A DNA stretch of 62,174 nucleotides, filler included, from Diploschistes diacapsis (GCA_023645945.1; 8 parts of 8 records of this genome joined end to end with filler, not necessarily neighbours in it), one strand, 5' to 3'. Positions 1 to 12,044 are shown, counted from the whole stretch's first letter. A program made the numbers and translations. The notes: generated from the letters alone by a model not told the origin.

Positions 1-392
1 AGAATTAAAATTTTATCATTTTAAATTAATTATGATATTTGTTTTATATTCAAGACCTGATTTCTATAATTATTTTACTCGACATTTAATAATCGGCTGC
101 TTACGCCAAGAATGCCGAGCCAATTCTATTAACTTTTCCAACGTACTGTATCCGGTTCTTCAAGCATCTATTAAATCAATCAAACCAATCATGGGTTATG
201 GACTTTCCAGTTCATTCTTTCCACCAATACCAAGACCGCTAAGAAAGTTTTCATTTCTTCAGACGATCTCCATATTTCTTTTATTTTCCGCCTCCCCGCA
301 TCGTTTAGTGGAGCTTGTAACGTCCGGCAGATGATCACCTTCCTGTAACTTCAAAACTTCGTGGCACTGGATCAAATATTCAGCTTTGGATT

Positions 393-3115
393 ATGGCAAT
401 GGGGAAGGGGCCGGCTCGTGAGCTTGGTCTGTATTTGATTGTTTGTCTACTTCCCTGTCCGGGCTTTAACTGGTCGATACTGACTAGGATATTAGTCCGA
501 CGATGATATTATATACGAACAAGATATCCTGCGAGACCCTGGTAGTGTCAGATCCTGGCTTGCATACGCAGAATTCAAGCAAGAGCAGGGGAACCTTCTG
601 GGTCAAGCCTATGTAAGAGCATCACTAACTGGCTTGGCGTCAAGATTGCTGATCCAGCAAGGTCCTTGAACGAGCATGTTCGCATCTACCAAGATCTTAT
701 AAGCTTTGGAAGATCGTGAGCTCTGCCAAAGTTTAGATTGACCTGGCTTTAGCTAATCATTCAAATAGTATCTGGAACTGCGCACGAGGCACCTTCGAGC
801 TAAGAGCCCAGTCGCTCACGCTCATGAGTACGCCAAGGTGAATGCGTTGTTCGACCGAGCTCTAATACTTCTCAACAAGATGCCCCGAATATGGGAAATG
901 TACCTCGCATTCCTTATGCAACAGCCTCTCGTGACTCTGGCGCGGCGTACGTTCGATAGGGCCCTTCGGGCGCTGCCAATTACTCAGCACAACCGTATCT
1001 GGGCCAAGTTCCAGTCGTTTGCTGCCTCGGCCTCGGGGCCAACGGCGTTACGAATCTGGAGGCGGTACATACAAATCCATCCAGAAGATGCCGAACATCT
1101 GATCGAGCTTCTAGTAAATCTGGGCGAGTATGACGAGGCAGTTAAGATGTACATTGACGTTCTTAACAATCCTAGATTTCGCAGCAAGGCTGGGAAGAGT
1201 AGTTTCCAGCTGTGGACGGAAATGATTGACTTGATTGTTACACATGCCAATGACATCAAAATGGATGGCACACGCGGTGTCACAGTGGAGCAAATAATCA
1301 AAAGTGCAATAGAGCGGTTCTCAGACCAGCGTGGGAAACTGTGGTCTGGCTTGGCGGGCTACTGGATCACCAAGGGTAACTTCGAGCGCGCCCGAGACAT
1401 TCTGGAGGAGGGTTTGACCTCAGTCATGACCGTGCGGGATTTCACGCTTATCTTTGACTCGTATACGGAATTTGAGGAATCCGTTATTGGTACACTCATG
1501 GATGCTGCTAGCAACCGTACGAAGAAGGGCAAGAAAGATGCAGATGCCGACTTCGACCTGGACATAAGAATGATGCGTTTCGAGCAGCTCATGGACCGAA
1601 GACCATTTCTACTGAATGACGTGCTCCTACGGCAAAATCCGAATAATGTGGCGGAATGGGAAAAGCGTGTAGCTCTATGGGGGAATAACAAGAAGGAGAT
1701 CGTCCAAACGTACACAGATGCAATCACTGCTATCCAACCCAAAAAGGCCGCTGGTAGATTCCACGACCTGTGGACAAGCTATGCTAAATTCTACGAAGAA
1801 GGTGGTGATCTTCAATCCGCTAGAATCATCATGGAAAAGGCTGTTAAGGTGCCCTTTAGGTCCGTTGCGGAACTGGCGGAGATGTGGTGTGAATGGGCAG
1901 AGATGGAACTTCGAAACGAGAACTTCGACATGGCTGTGGAGACAATGGTTAAGGCCACAATGGCGCCGAAGAAGTCGACAGTTGATTATTTCGACGAGAC
2001 ATTGACTCCACAACAACGGGTACACAAGAGCTGGAAGCTTTGGAGCTTTTATGTGGATCTGGTCGAGAGTGTGGGCAGCCTCGAGGACACGCGGAGAGTA
2101 TACGAGAGGATTTTCGAACTCCGCATTGCAACTCCACAGACTGTGGTCAACTACGCCAATCTGCTGGAAGAAAATAAATATTTCGAAGAATCCTTCAAGG
2201 TCTACGAGCGAGGCCTAGACCTATTCAATTATCCAGTCGCGTTCGAACTCTGGAATCTGTACCTGACCAAGGCAGTGGATCGAAAGATCGGGATTGAGCG
2301 ACTACGAGACCTCTTCGAACAGGCTGTGGAGGGCTGCCCATCGAAGTTTGCAAGGGTTCTGTATCTGATGTACGGTAGCCTGGAGGAAGAAAGGGGTCTG
2401 GCTCGGCACGCCATGCGGATTTACGAGAGGGCAACTCGTGCAGTCTCCGACGAAGATCGGTTTGAGATGTTCAACTTCTACATTACGAAATCTGCGTCGA
2501 ACTTTGGGCTGACATCAACCAGGCCCATCTACGAGAGGGCTATTGGAGCATTACCGGATAGGGAGGCCAAGGAAATGTGTTTGAAGTTCGCTGAAATGGA
2601 GCGACGCTTGGGAGAGATTGATCGCGCTCGTGCTATTTACGGCCATGCTTCTCAGTTCTGCGACCCGAGAACTACCCCTGATTTCTGGTCTAAGTGGGAG
2701 GGATTTGAAGTCACGCATGGGAACGAGGATACATTCAAGGAGATGCTACGCATCAAACGAAGCGTCCAAGCTCAATACAAGTAAGTGTCGCGTTGACCCA
2801 AGTTTTATACGGTGTTAACGCGAGAATAGCACGGATGTCAGTTTCATCGCCTCGCAAGCGATTGCCAGAGCGCAACAGCGAGCAGGGATTGACGAGGTGG
2901 CGTCAGAGAAGGCCGATGCCATGGCCACTTTCGAAAGGGATATGCAAGCACCTGAAGGCTTCGTGGCGGCTAGCGCTGGCCCAGAGGGTGGATCTCGTAC
3001 TGGCGAAATGGGGTCGGCGCCTATTCGGAACCCCGATGCACTAGACGTAGATCTGGACGACGAAGAACTGCCTCTGCCAACACAACATTCATCGGTGTCA
3101 CGTGAAGAGCTATGA
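393..3115 (+). CDS. SYF1: Pre-mRNA splicing factor Syf1/XAB2 (HAT/TPR repeats, NTC complex); 5 exons, introns 441-495, 613-661, 716-768, 2781-2829
   Basis: Spliced translation gives MAMGKG..LYLI|SDDDIIYEQDILRDP..LPRSYKLWK..; ORF 838-2784 has LLRQNPNNVAEW, HKSWKLWSFYVDL, HGNEDTFKEMLRIKRSVQAQYN|TDVSF. All introns are GT..AG and keep frame. Confidence 0.95.
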
Positions 3116-3345
3116 AGAAACCGAAGAATCGGTGGCTTGTGCCTTCCAGTAGCGATTATCTTGGTCAAAACTAGACTGCACGCTGTCGGCACACCGACGC
3201 TACGGGAAGAATTCCACACAAAACAGCTCGACACTTTGATCTTTTAACAGGGAAGAATAAAGTTCGGGATACTGGCGATACTCTAATCAACATGTCCACC
3301 CGAAAACGGGACCTCGATGGAGATACACCCAAACTGCGAATGGCG

Positions 3346-3798
3346 TCATTTGATCCGGCCCTAGGGTTAGTGGTGAGATTCTACTCAAAGCTACAGGGGA
3401 GATCGACCAATTACCTTTTCCTTTAACTTGTCGTGGAAACTCCTGTCCCTCGACTTGGAGCTATCGATGTACGAGTCCCTGCTCCCGGGCGTCGATACAA
3501 GCTCCTCTTCCGTTTTTGAAATTGTGAGGATGGAACTTAGAAGCGTCTGGTAGGAACACAAACAGACCATTAGTGAAGTTACTTTACCCCCGGGCTGTGC
3601 CTTGGACCTGAGGTAATATTTACCCCACTCTTTACTCCCGCGTCTGTTCTTGGAATTCGTGGGACTGGATAGCAGCGAGCCAGCGGTGTCGCTCACGACT
3701 TCGTCGCCCTTCTGGGCCGCGAAGGGGTCCTCGTCTGGCTCTCGCTGGCCGGCAACAGGATCGACGCTGTCCTGTTCTGGTGTAGCTACTTTAGTCAT
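3346..3798 (-). pseudogene. Small conserved fungal hypothetical protein (..RRGSKEWDASKVP.S.FQKRK.S.YSTPGSRD..FHDKLKEKG..) with two apparent 1-bp deletions; introns 3623-3547 and 3414-3361
   Basis: ATG at 3798 and canonical splice sites. The motif I recall from homologues is recovered only by changing frame at about 3536 and about 3495. Confidence 0.5.
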
Positions 3799-4898
3799 GG
3801 CTTTCGGAAGGGAGGGTAGCTGAAGGCGCGTGTACGTGCTTCGGTAGACATTTTGGGTGTGTTTGTGCTCCTGAGTTCGGTCGACGTGAATGGGTGAATT
3901 GTGAAGTAGTATGGGGGTTTTCGCATTGCATCAATTCCCCGGAACTTGCAGCAGGGAAACGCATGTTCACAGGATTCCGGTTTTCGGCTATCCCACTACT
4001 GGTATTACACTACAAGGTCCTTCTCCAGGGCAGCGCAAGGGCGCAGGGTAGGACATTAGCATCATCGAAGCGTCCTATACTCCACGCAGCAGCGGAAACG
4101 ATGGTTCACTCATGTCAGAATACTTGCCGTCAGGGCCAGTGCAAGCCTAGACATGGGAAAGAACCTGGAACAGAGAGAGAGGAGGGGGAACGGCTCCGGC
4201 ACGTGCTGAGTGCGGCCCATGTTTGGTATGGTACGATGGGATATATTCACGTCCACTGCCAGGGACAAGAGCAACCTTACGAAACGTTTCGACATCGACC
4301 ATGTCGAGTTCGCTTTGAGTCGTCATGCCTGCTAAAAGCCTCTGTGCATTTGGCCCCATACTATCGACGGACCCTGATTCCATGCACAACATACTTTGTA
4401 GAATACCTCTGGAGGGCCACGACCGGTGATGAGGTGCAGGTAGGTTGTGCGGCTTGGGGGCTGCTGGGCCAATTGAAAGGCTTACTGTGCAATTCGGCGG
4501 TGCCAGTAGTGACTCGGTCGCTCTATGCGGTGCTGGTGGCGAAAAGGCGTTGAGGTTGCGAAACTTGCGATGCCCGTTGTACGGCTAATAAGTGTTCTGA
4601 TAGGATGAGGTAGAGTGGCTGGGACGAGTCATGGCTGCTTGTTGTTATACAAAAGTATCCGCTATAGATAGAGTACAATGAACTAGTCTTTATCCCATAG
4701 TGGCGGACGAGGTCCGGGGTTGATAAATAAGCCCTAACCTTCCTTCGGGGACATGTTAGTGTGAAACACGTTATGTTTAAATCGATCATTAATAGTATTA
4801 TTATATCGAGCTAAACAGTATCTAGATATATTTTATCAGCATTTTCAATTTATAACTTTATGTAGCATAATTGTAACACCCGCAGTGTGCGCACCGGG

Positions 4899-4998
4899 NN
4901 NNNNNNNNNNNNNNNNNNNNNNNNNNNNNNNNNNNNNNNNNNTTAATTAATTAANNNNNNNNNNNNNNNNNNNNNNNNNNNNNNNNNNNNNNNNNNNN
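4899..4998. other. Artificial contig linker (44 N + TTAATTAATTAA + 44 N; stops in six frames)
   Basis: Identical 100-bp spacer occurs 7 times in the window. Confidence 0.99.
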
Positions 4999-5103
4999 AT
5001 AGAAAAGGGGGAGGAGGTGAGAGAGAGGGAAGGGAAGGGGAGCTAGCTAGCTGTTGTCTTGCCTAGTCACTAGTCAGGGGTCAAAGCCTTTGGTGGGTAT
5101 TGG

Positions 5104-5126
5104 TATAGTATAGTATAGTATAGTAT
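5104..5126. repeat. (TATAG)n short tandem repeat
   Basis: tatagtatagtatagtatagtat read directly. Confidence 0.8.
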
Positions 5127-5673
5127 GGCTATATGAAAATTTAATCTGCGTTGATACTTGTATTTCCAGACAGGGGACCATTCACCGTTTTGCCCACTAA
5201 GCTGCCAGCCAGTGTTTGTTAAGGCCTGTGCGAGCAGCAGCAGCCCGTTCAATACACGGCTGTATGTACGCTGTATGTCTACGATAACAATACAATAAAC
5301 AATACGTGTAATCTTTCTATAGCTTGAAAACTCTCCGTACCTGAGATTGCAGAATCTCGAGTCATCATCACAACCCCTTGGCTACGTGCCTAGTACTCCG
5401 TAAGACGAGCCATCTTTTCTCCACTAGTGCTCTGCTTTCCTTCACTTTCTTCTCTTTCATGACTTCCTTTCCTTTCCGTGCAATTGCTTCCAGAGCTTGC
5501 GAGTCTGTGAGCTTCGTTGGGTGGGGACATCAACCGCTCAGAGCCCCTTGCTTCTCGTCATTTTTGGCAGCGTTCTGTCCCCGACACCTTTTCCCTTAGC
5601 TCAATCGAAGTTTGTATCAAACAGCCCAGAGCCCAGAGCTGCTGTCGATCCGAGTACTCACCCAGAGTTCACA

Positions 5674-8569
5674 ATGGTTCACTCGCTCAAGGAATACACG
5701 GCATCGCTACGACCAGGCACGCGAGACAGACCTTCCACTACCGAGCAGCCCATTGCAGAGCACTCGCTGGTCATCCCGAGCAGAACCTCGTCCCTGCACT
5801 CGAGGATCACTCAGCCCATTCCCTCGACCTTGAACGTCAAAACCACCCAGCGCACTCCCAAGACCCTCACATATGCCTATCTCGTCTGCGGTGTTGGCCG
5901 CGAGCCTTCACAATGGGCGAAGGCACCTCCACCGCCACAGGGCAAGATCAGCCACATGAAGGGAGCTGTCGGCACCTTTTACCTCCCCGAGATATTGGGG
6001 AGCAGTCCGAGGCTGGAGTCTGATAACGAGATTGCTCGGGTGCTTCACTCTGCCATGAGGGTAAGCCCATCGTCCCCCTTCGAGACCTTGCTCTTCTTGC
6101 TAATCGGACATCTGCAGTCTTGCTTCCCCCACGACGTTGAAGTCTGCACCGGCCGCACGCAGCCCTCTTGCGTCCATCACAGCTACGTCCTGCAGCAAGA
6201 CTCGTCACAAACGCTCTATGGCATCGCCCTCAAGGTCTGGTCCAAAGCGGACGACAAGCGTGCTGCAACCATCCGCGAGCTCCGCAAGAGAACCGAGCCG
6301 GACTTTTACGAGGGTTCCGAGGAGACGTACTGGATCCCATACTGCCTCAGCTTTCTGTCGAGGTATCCGCTCTATGATCTCTTGGGTGACTACCTGAGGG
6401 GCATGTGGATCCACTGGAACAAGGCGACGAATCTGTTCCATGCCGAAGAAGTATCACGCATCCTCAGCTTCCCCGCTCCTCGACTCAATGATCTTGTGAG
6501 GATCGACATGAAGGACTACGCTCTCTGCTACCAATTCCCCTCCTCTCCGACCGGCTTCCAGAACTTCTCCATGTGGCCCATCTTCACCTGCCTGTCGATC
6601 CCAAACATTGTTGGCGTGGTCGAGGCCGCGGCGTCGCCTACCCGTCGCATCATCTTCGTCAGCCACTACCCTGCCATGCTCACCAATGCCGCCGAGACCA
6701 TCCGCTTCTTCGTTCGTGTGTACGAGTGGAGCGGCTTGTACGTCCCGGTGGTGCACGCCCGTCACGTCACCGAGCTGGTGCAAGAGCCAGGCCCGTACAT
6801 CCTCGGAGTCACGGCAGAGTGCAAGACCCTGTTCACTGCGCCCAGCGATGCGCTCGTTGTGGACTTGGACAAGAACTTTGTGCTTACTTCCAGCCCGCCC
6901 GATACTCTCTCATCGACGCAGAGGAACAAGATGATCAATCGTCTGTCGCAGGCGCTGAATGCCGATGTCACGCCTTCTGGAGTACCGAATCATCTCCGAT
7001 CCGCTTACGCAGGAGGCAAACTGGTTCCGGCCGGTCAAGTCATTGTCATGCGCGGCGAGGTGGAGAATATCGAAGACCCGGACTGGTGGAGCCAGGACAA
7101 CGTCACGAGCGTCATGGACCATGTCTGCGAGAAGCTTGTAAGTCTTAGTAGCGCCAGATGCCAAATCCCCGGCCCCACCCTCCCTTGCTGACCCACACCA
7201 GGGACGCAACACAGGTGTCAAGGCGTTCTTTGGCGGCTCGGCCAAGAAGCCCCTGATGACCAAGGTCTCCATGAGACATCTCAACGAGATCGTCCGCGAG
7301 CGTAACCAGAACTCGCGCAACACTTACGAAGCGTGGCAGGACTACATCAACCTCAAAGCACGCATGGACTCTGAAATCTCCAAGCTGAGCAAGAGAAACA
7401 ACTTCCTCGTCGAAGAGGCCGATAGCTGGAAGAGCCAGCTGCTCAAGGTGCAGGCCATGTGGGAGCAGCTAAACAAGGAGGCGCAGGATCTGAAGGTCAA
7501 GATCGAGGCGGGCAAGCGCGAAAACCGCCGCCTCGGCTCGCTCGTGGAGCAAAACAAGACCGAAGTCCAGCGTCTCGCTTCCCGCCTGTCGAAGAGCGAG
7601 AAGCTACGGGAAGAGGCCATCGACGCTCTGATGCTGCAGCAGGAGCTTGCCGAGACCCTGGAGCGCGAGAGGGAGAAGAACCTGAAGGAGATTTCGGCGT
7701 TGAAGCAGGCCAACAAGAGCGTTCACCGTCAAAAAGAAGAGGCGCAGAGGGTCGTTGTTCACCTCCGCAGCCTCATCACCGGCCAGACTCGCCACATGGA
7801 GCACATTGTCGGCTCGCTGTACGCTCCGTCCGAGCTTGCGGAGCTCGCCGACCAGGACGAGGCACAGGACGACGGCGACGACCGGCGATCGGTGACCAGC
7901 GACAGGTCGCACAGTCGAGCCTCCCAGCGACTGTCTACGAGCAGGTCCATGGCAAGCCTGAAGAGGCTTTCCAGGCGGCCCTACGGCGCCGCAGCGAATA
8001 TCGAAGCAGACAAGGTCTCCCAGGACCCAGAGTCTCGCTCGCCCAACTCCCCCAGGAGCAAGAGGCTGAGCGAAAGCAGTCTGCTCGACATTGCCGACAG
8101 GCATCTGCGCGACAAGACCGATGCCATCTCTCACATCATCCGCAACATTTCCGAGCAGTGCTCTGCCGCCGTCGAAGCTCTCCAGCTCGCTCATGCATTT
8201 GACCAGGACATGGACCTCGACTCCGAGCACAACGGTACCGACGGCCATGCCGGCAACCAGAGCGAGGCAAACTCCGAGACCGGCTACGACGAAGGAAGCA
8301 GCGCCATTACTGCTCGGTCGAAGCCCTCGAGCATTCCACCGACCCCTGATCTGTACCGTTCCAGTACTTCCTTGAGCATGAACAGCTTGAGCACGCATGA
8401 CAGGAGCAGTCAGCAGTTCAACGTCGGCTTGCAGCCCAAGATCCTCGAAGGAGACGAGGAGAGCGAGTCGAATGCCAGTGCGGCCATGCAGGAGAACAGC
8501 AACAACGACAAGGGCAAGGCTCCTGAGCGTCCTGCGCTGGCTCCCGGAAGTGCTCCGATTGTCTCGTAA
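5674..8569 (+). CDS. Fungal DENN-domain protein (Rab GEF fold) with C-terminal coiled coil; introns 6061-6117 and 7138-7201
   Basis: ATG 5674; DENN-like YWIPYCLSFLSRYP, RRIIFVSHYPAML, YVPV..QEPGPYILGV, LVVDLD. Splicing 7138-7201 joins ORF 5497-7191 to the coiled-coil ORF 7256-8569 in frame. Confidence 0.85.
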
Positions 8570-9588
8570 ACCGCTCTGCGTGAGAGCAACGGAAAGCTGT
8601 ATTACATGAGCTGCACCTCGACCGAGGTTTAAGTAAGAACTGCACAATATGCTGGGGCTAGTGTGAAAGCAATCACACCATATTATACTACTTTTATCTG
8701 TGGATGCAATATGCTTGTTATTAATCGCTCAACACCCGGGCGGGTTTTTAAGGCCTCCATGATTGTGGAGGAGTTGCTCAAGGGATAGGAGGCAAATAGC
8801 CATAATGACCTTGTGTTGCATAATCTTGCTCCCTACTATTCCATATGGAGCTATCCCTAAAATTCTTCGAGAGGCTACTTGCAATCTGGACCATTTGGGT
8901 GGAGGGGGGGGGAGTGAGGTGAAGCATGTGAGATGTTCTAGCAGCTTGCTTTTTGCTTACACGACCTGTGTTTGAGCAATCGTCCAATCTCAATCACACT
9001 ACAGCGGTGCAGTCTTTGTGCCTGGCTGGTACAGATCCAATTGCGCGGATAGGTGCAGCACTTCCAAGCCTGCAGCTGAGCAGGTGTCTCACCCTTATCA
9101 TTTGCATCTTGTATGACACTCACCTTCTCTGATTGTTTCCCCGAGTCGAGTCGACAGGTTGCTGGTCTTTCTAAATACAGCCATAACTGGTCACTTGCTC
9201 TACCGTTTGGCACAAACATCCTGTACATGTATTTGGACTCCAAAGTTTACTTAACTTGAACACTGCATCGAGTAAAGTGGCCTTGGTTCCAGTATGGGAT
9301 AGTTGTATTTTCGCTTTTGTTTATTAAACATCCTGTTTCCCTTGTGGCACTTCGCATCGCCATCCCATTATCCCGTTTCACAATTCCCAGCCGCCCTTTC
9401 TGCTACCCCTATCGCAGCCTACCCTAGCTCAGAGCGGAGACACCTCCCCCTCCAATTCCCCACCTCTCACAAGTGCCGTCCCACCCTCGCCGCCGCCCTT
9501 CTCTCGTCACCGCCTCGCCCTAACCATCCTTTTTCTCCTCCCCATCCTGACCCTCAGCTCCTCCTGCCCCTGCTACAGCCTCACCACC

Positions 9589-9895
9589 TCAACCGGCTCC
9601 CCCACCTTTCAAAACTACTCCTTCCTCGACTTTTGCGTCCTCGCGCGCTCCCTCCCCAGCCCACCGGATGCAACCACAAGCACCAGAAACACATCCACCC
9701 TCGCCGACCTCCAAGCTCAGGGCGGAAGCAGCGGTCTCGCGGACGTCACGTCGCCCGTACCTCAACATTGCCGTGTCCACGGACGTCTTCGCGATACAGG
9801 TGCATGCGAAGCCCGCGGGCGCCGGGTTTTCTGGGTGGGATATGGCGGCCACGGCGGGAGCAATCTCATCTGTGCCTACAGCCCCTCCCCCCCCT
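9589..9895 (-). CDS. Possible 3' end of an unidentified gene truncated at the contig edge
   Basis: Open GC-rich frame from the contig end to a stop at 9589 (..AAISHPENPAPAGFACTCIAKTSVDTAMLRYGRRD..). No family recognised. Confidence 0.3.
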
Positions 9896-9995
9896 NNNNN
9901 NNNNNNNNNNNNNNNNNNNNNNNNNNNNNNNNNNNNNNNTTAATTAATTAANNNNNNNNNNNNNNNNNNNNNNNNNNNNNNNNNNNNNNNNNNNN
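9896..9995. other. Artificial contig linker
   Basis: N44-TTAATTAATTAA-N44. Confidence 0.99.
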
Positions 9996-10092
9996 TATAG
10001 ATACAATCCCTTTTGATTAAAATTCCCCCGTAATTCTGTTTTATATAACTTTTATTTCGATATAAGATTGGTTCTTAATTTAAAAACATATA

Positions 10093-10757
10093 ACGTATAT
10101 GTATAGCGAGCGGACACTCATAGCGAACGGATACCCCCTATCTAATTTTACGAACTTTCAACTTTCGCATCAATTTTCTACACGTACGATTATAGAATCA
10201 TCTTTAATTAAAAAGAGAATCCTAATAACACTTTAGAGTATTAAATAATGTATATGTATAGCGAGCGGACACTCATAGCGAACGGATACCTCCCATTCGA
10301 TTTTTTGAACTTTTAACATTCGTATTAATTTTCTACGCGTACGATTATAGAATTATTTTAATTATAAATAGAATTATAATAACACTTTAGACTATTAAAT
10401 AAAATTTACATTTTAACATAAAACGCGTATTTTAGATATATAAGATTTTTCGTACGACCTTTATTGTTCGACGCGATAATCGTATTTTAAAACACGATAT
10501 CTTAATTAATTTAATAAATTTAATTTTATTAAAAGAAGAAACGATTTTTGAACGTACGATTAATTTAATCGACTATAATTTTCCGCCGCGATAAAACGAT
10601 ATACGCGATATAACTAATTTAATGCGCGTAACTTGAAATACGCCGCCAATCGGACCACGATAGATATAAAACTTCGTACGAAAATAAAAAATACTTAAAA
10701 TATATTATTAAAAAATATTAATTAAAGATTTATGAATCGTACGAAATTAATTCGATC
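10093..10757 (+). mobile_element. RIP-degraded Fot1/Pot2 (pogo, Tc1/mariner superfamily) transposon 5' end, present as two copies (10093-10247; 10248 onward)
   Basis: TA|ACGT terminus at 10091-10096 and TA|ATGT at 10246-10251, followed by a near-identical ~150 bp. The degenerate translation RTTF..RR..R..LKEETI....NL....FPPR*.D..D..NL.....PPIGPR*..NFVR matches the psq-HTH/CENP-B N-terminus of Fot1-type transposases. Very AT-rich with many stops. Confidence 0.8.
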
Positions 10758-12044
10758 TGGAACATCCTGAACGTTTGTGGGTTCAAGGGTTGAACCCTTG
10801 TAGGGCTGGTAGGGCTGGCACCCAGTATTTATATGTGCCCTGCTCCCACCTAGATAGTTCCTTCTTCACCTTTTCGAATCTGAACCATTCAGCCTACAGA
10901 TTGCAGCTACACGTGATCCTTCCAGATTAGGCCTAGCCCCTGGTTGTGTAGTATTCCTGTAGGGGCGTTCTACATTCGAAAAGGTCCTTCAGGGCTACCT
11001 GCTCGGCTCAGGACCTGAAGTATTCAGCCTACCTACCTACCTACTACCTACCTACCTACCAAAAGAATCTAGATCTAATCTTATCTGATGCTGCCTACGC
11101 GAGCTGGCGCGTTTTTGAAGATGAAGGTCTACGACACCTAGGAGCGACGAAAAACCTCCTACGACAAGCATCCACCTAAGAGCGACGAAAAGCTCCTACG
11201 AACAAGCAAAAGATCGACGAATCAGAAACCTCGATCTAATCAGTATTCAGCTATGGCTATAGCTGAAGTGCTAGATTTAGTCTTATCTGTCGCGATGAGA
11301 CACTACCTAAGCGAATACCCTGGTAGTAGTAGATCTACGTACGACACACCCACCTGGAGCGACGAGAAGCTCCTATGAAGAACCTACGACAAGCAGATCG
11401 ACGAATTAGAAGTTACGATCTAATTAATTACGATAAAAGAGCTTGGGATCCCATATAAGTTTTTGAACCAGTCGAACCTTCATTTTATCGATAAATAAAC
11501 CTTTATTCGTCATCTTTCGAAAGCGGTTTCTGCTGTCACGTTTACTGCTGCTATTACTGCTTTTCGTCTTGGGAGTCGCCTGTTTTTAGTACTATTGGTT
11601 TAATAGTATTCATTTACGATGCCGAAACTTGAAAGGAGTAAGGTCGGGCACGTGTTTACGTGTAATACGGATTAAAGATAATAGAGGGAAAAGGGATTAA
11701 ATTAAACCGAAAAGAGCATGATATTAAGATATGAGAAGAATAGATATTCGATTAGGAAAGGGGTTTTATTTTGATTTTGTTTTGTTTTGTTGTTAAAGGA
11801 TAGTAATAGTTTAGAAAGGGGGATAGTGGAACATTTTAATCGTTTGTAGGTTTAAGGGTTGAACCCTGGTAGGGCTGATAGGGTTGATATCTAGTATTTA
11901 TATGTGCCCTGCTCCCACTTAGATAGTTCCTTCTTCACCTTTTCGAATCTGAACCATTCAGCTTACAGATTGCAGCTACACGTGATCCTTCCAGATCAGG
12001 CTCAGCCCCTGGTTGTGTAGTATTCCTGTAGGGGCGTTCTAGCA
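10758..12044 (+). mobile_element. Non-autonomous miniature LTR retrotransposon (TRIM/LARD-like): LTR1 10758-10974, LTR2 11827-~12044, self-complementary PBS 10974-10985, PPT 11813-11826
   Basis: Two ~217-bp direct repeats TG..CA differing mostly by transitions. Purine tract agaaagggggatag abuts LTR2. The ~850-bp interior has no ORF in the track. No target-site duplication is evident. Confidence 0.85.
11027..11060. repeat. (CTAC)n imperfect microsatellite inside the LTR element
   Basis: gcctacctacctacctactacctacctacctacc. Confidence 0.8.

Noticed and set aside
3894..4553. 219-aa ORF
   Set aside because: GTG start in a eukaryote, atypical composition, overlaps a probable promoter region; no family recognised.
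4761..4773. GTGAAACACGTTA matching the MITE right end (14784-14796)
   Set aside because: Only about 13-14 nt match, with no further TIR similarity or partner TIR; may be chance or a relic too short to call.
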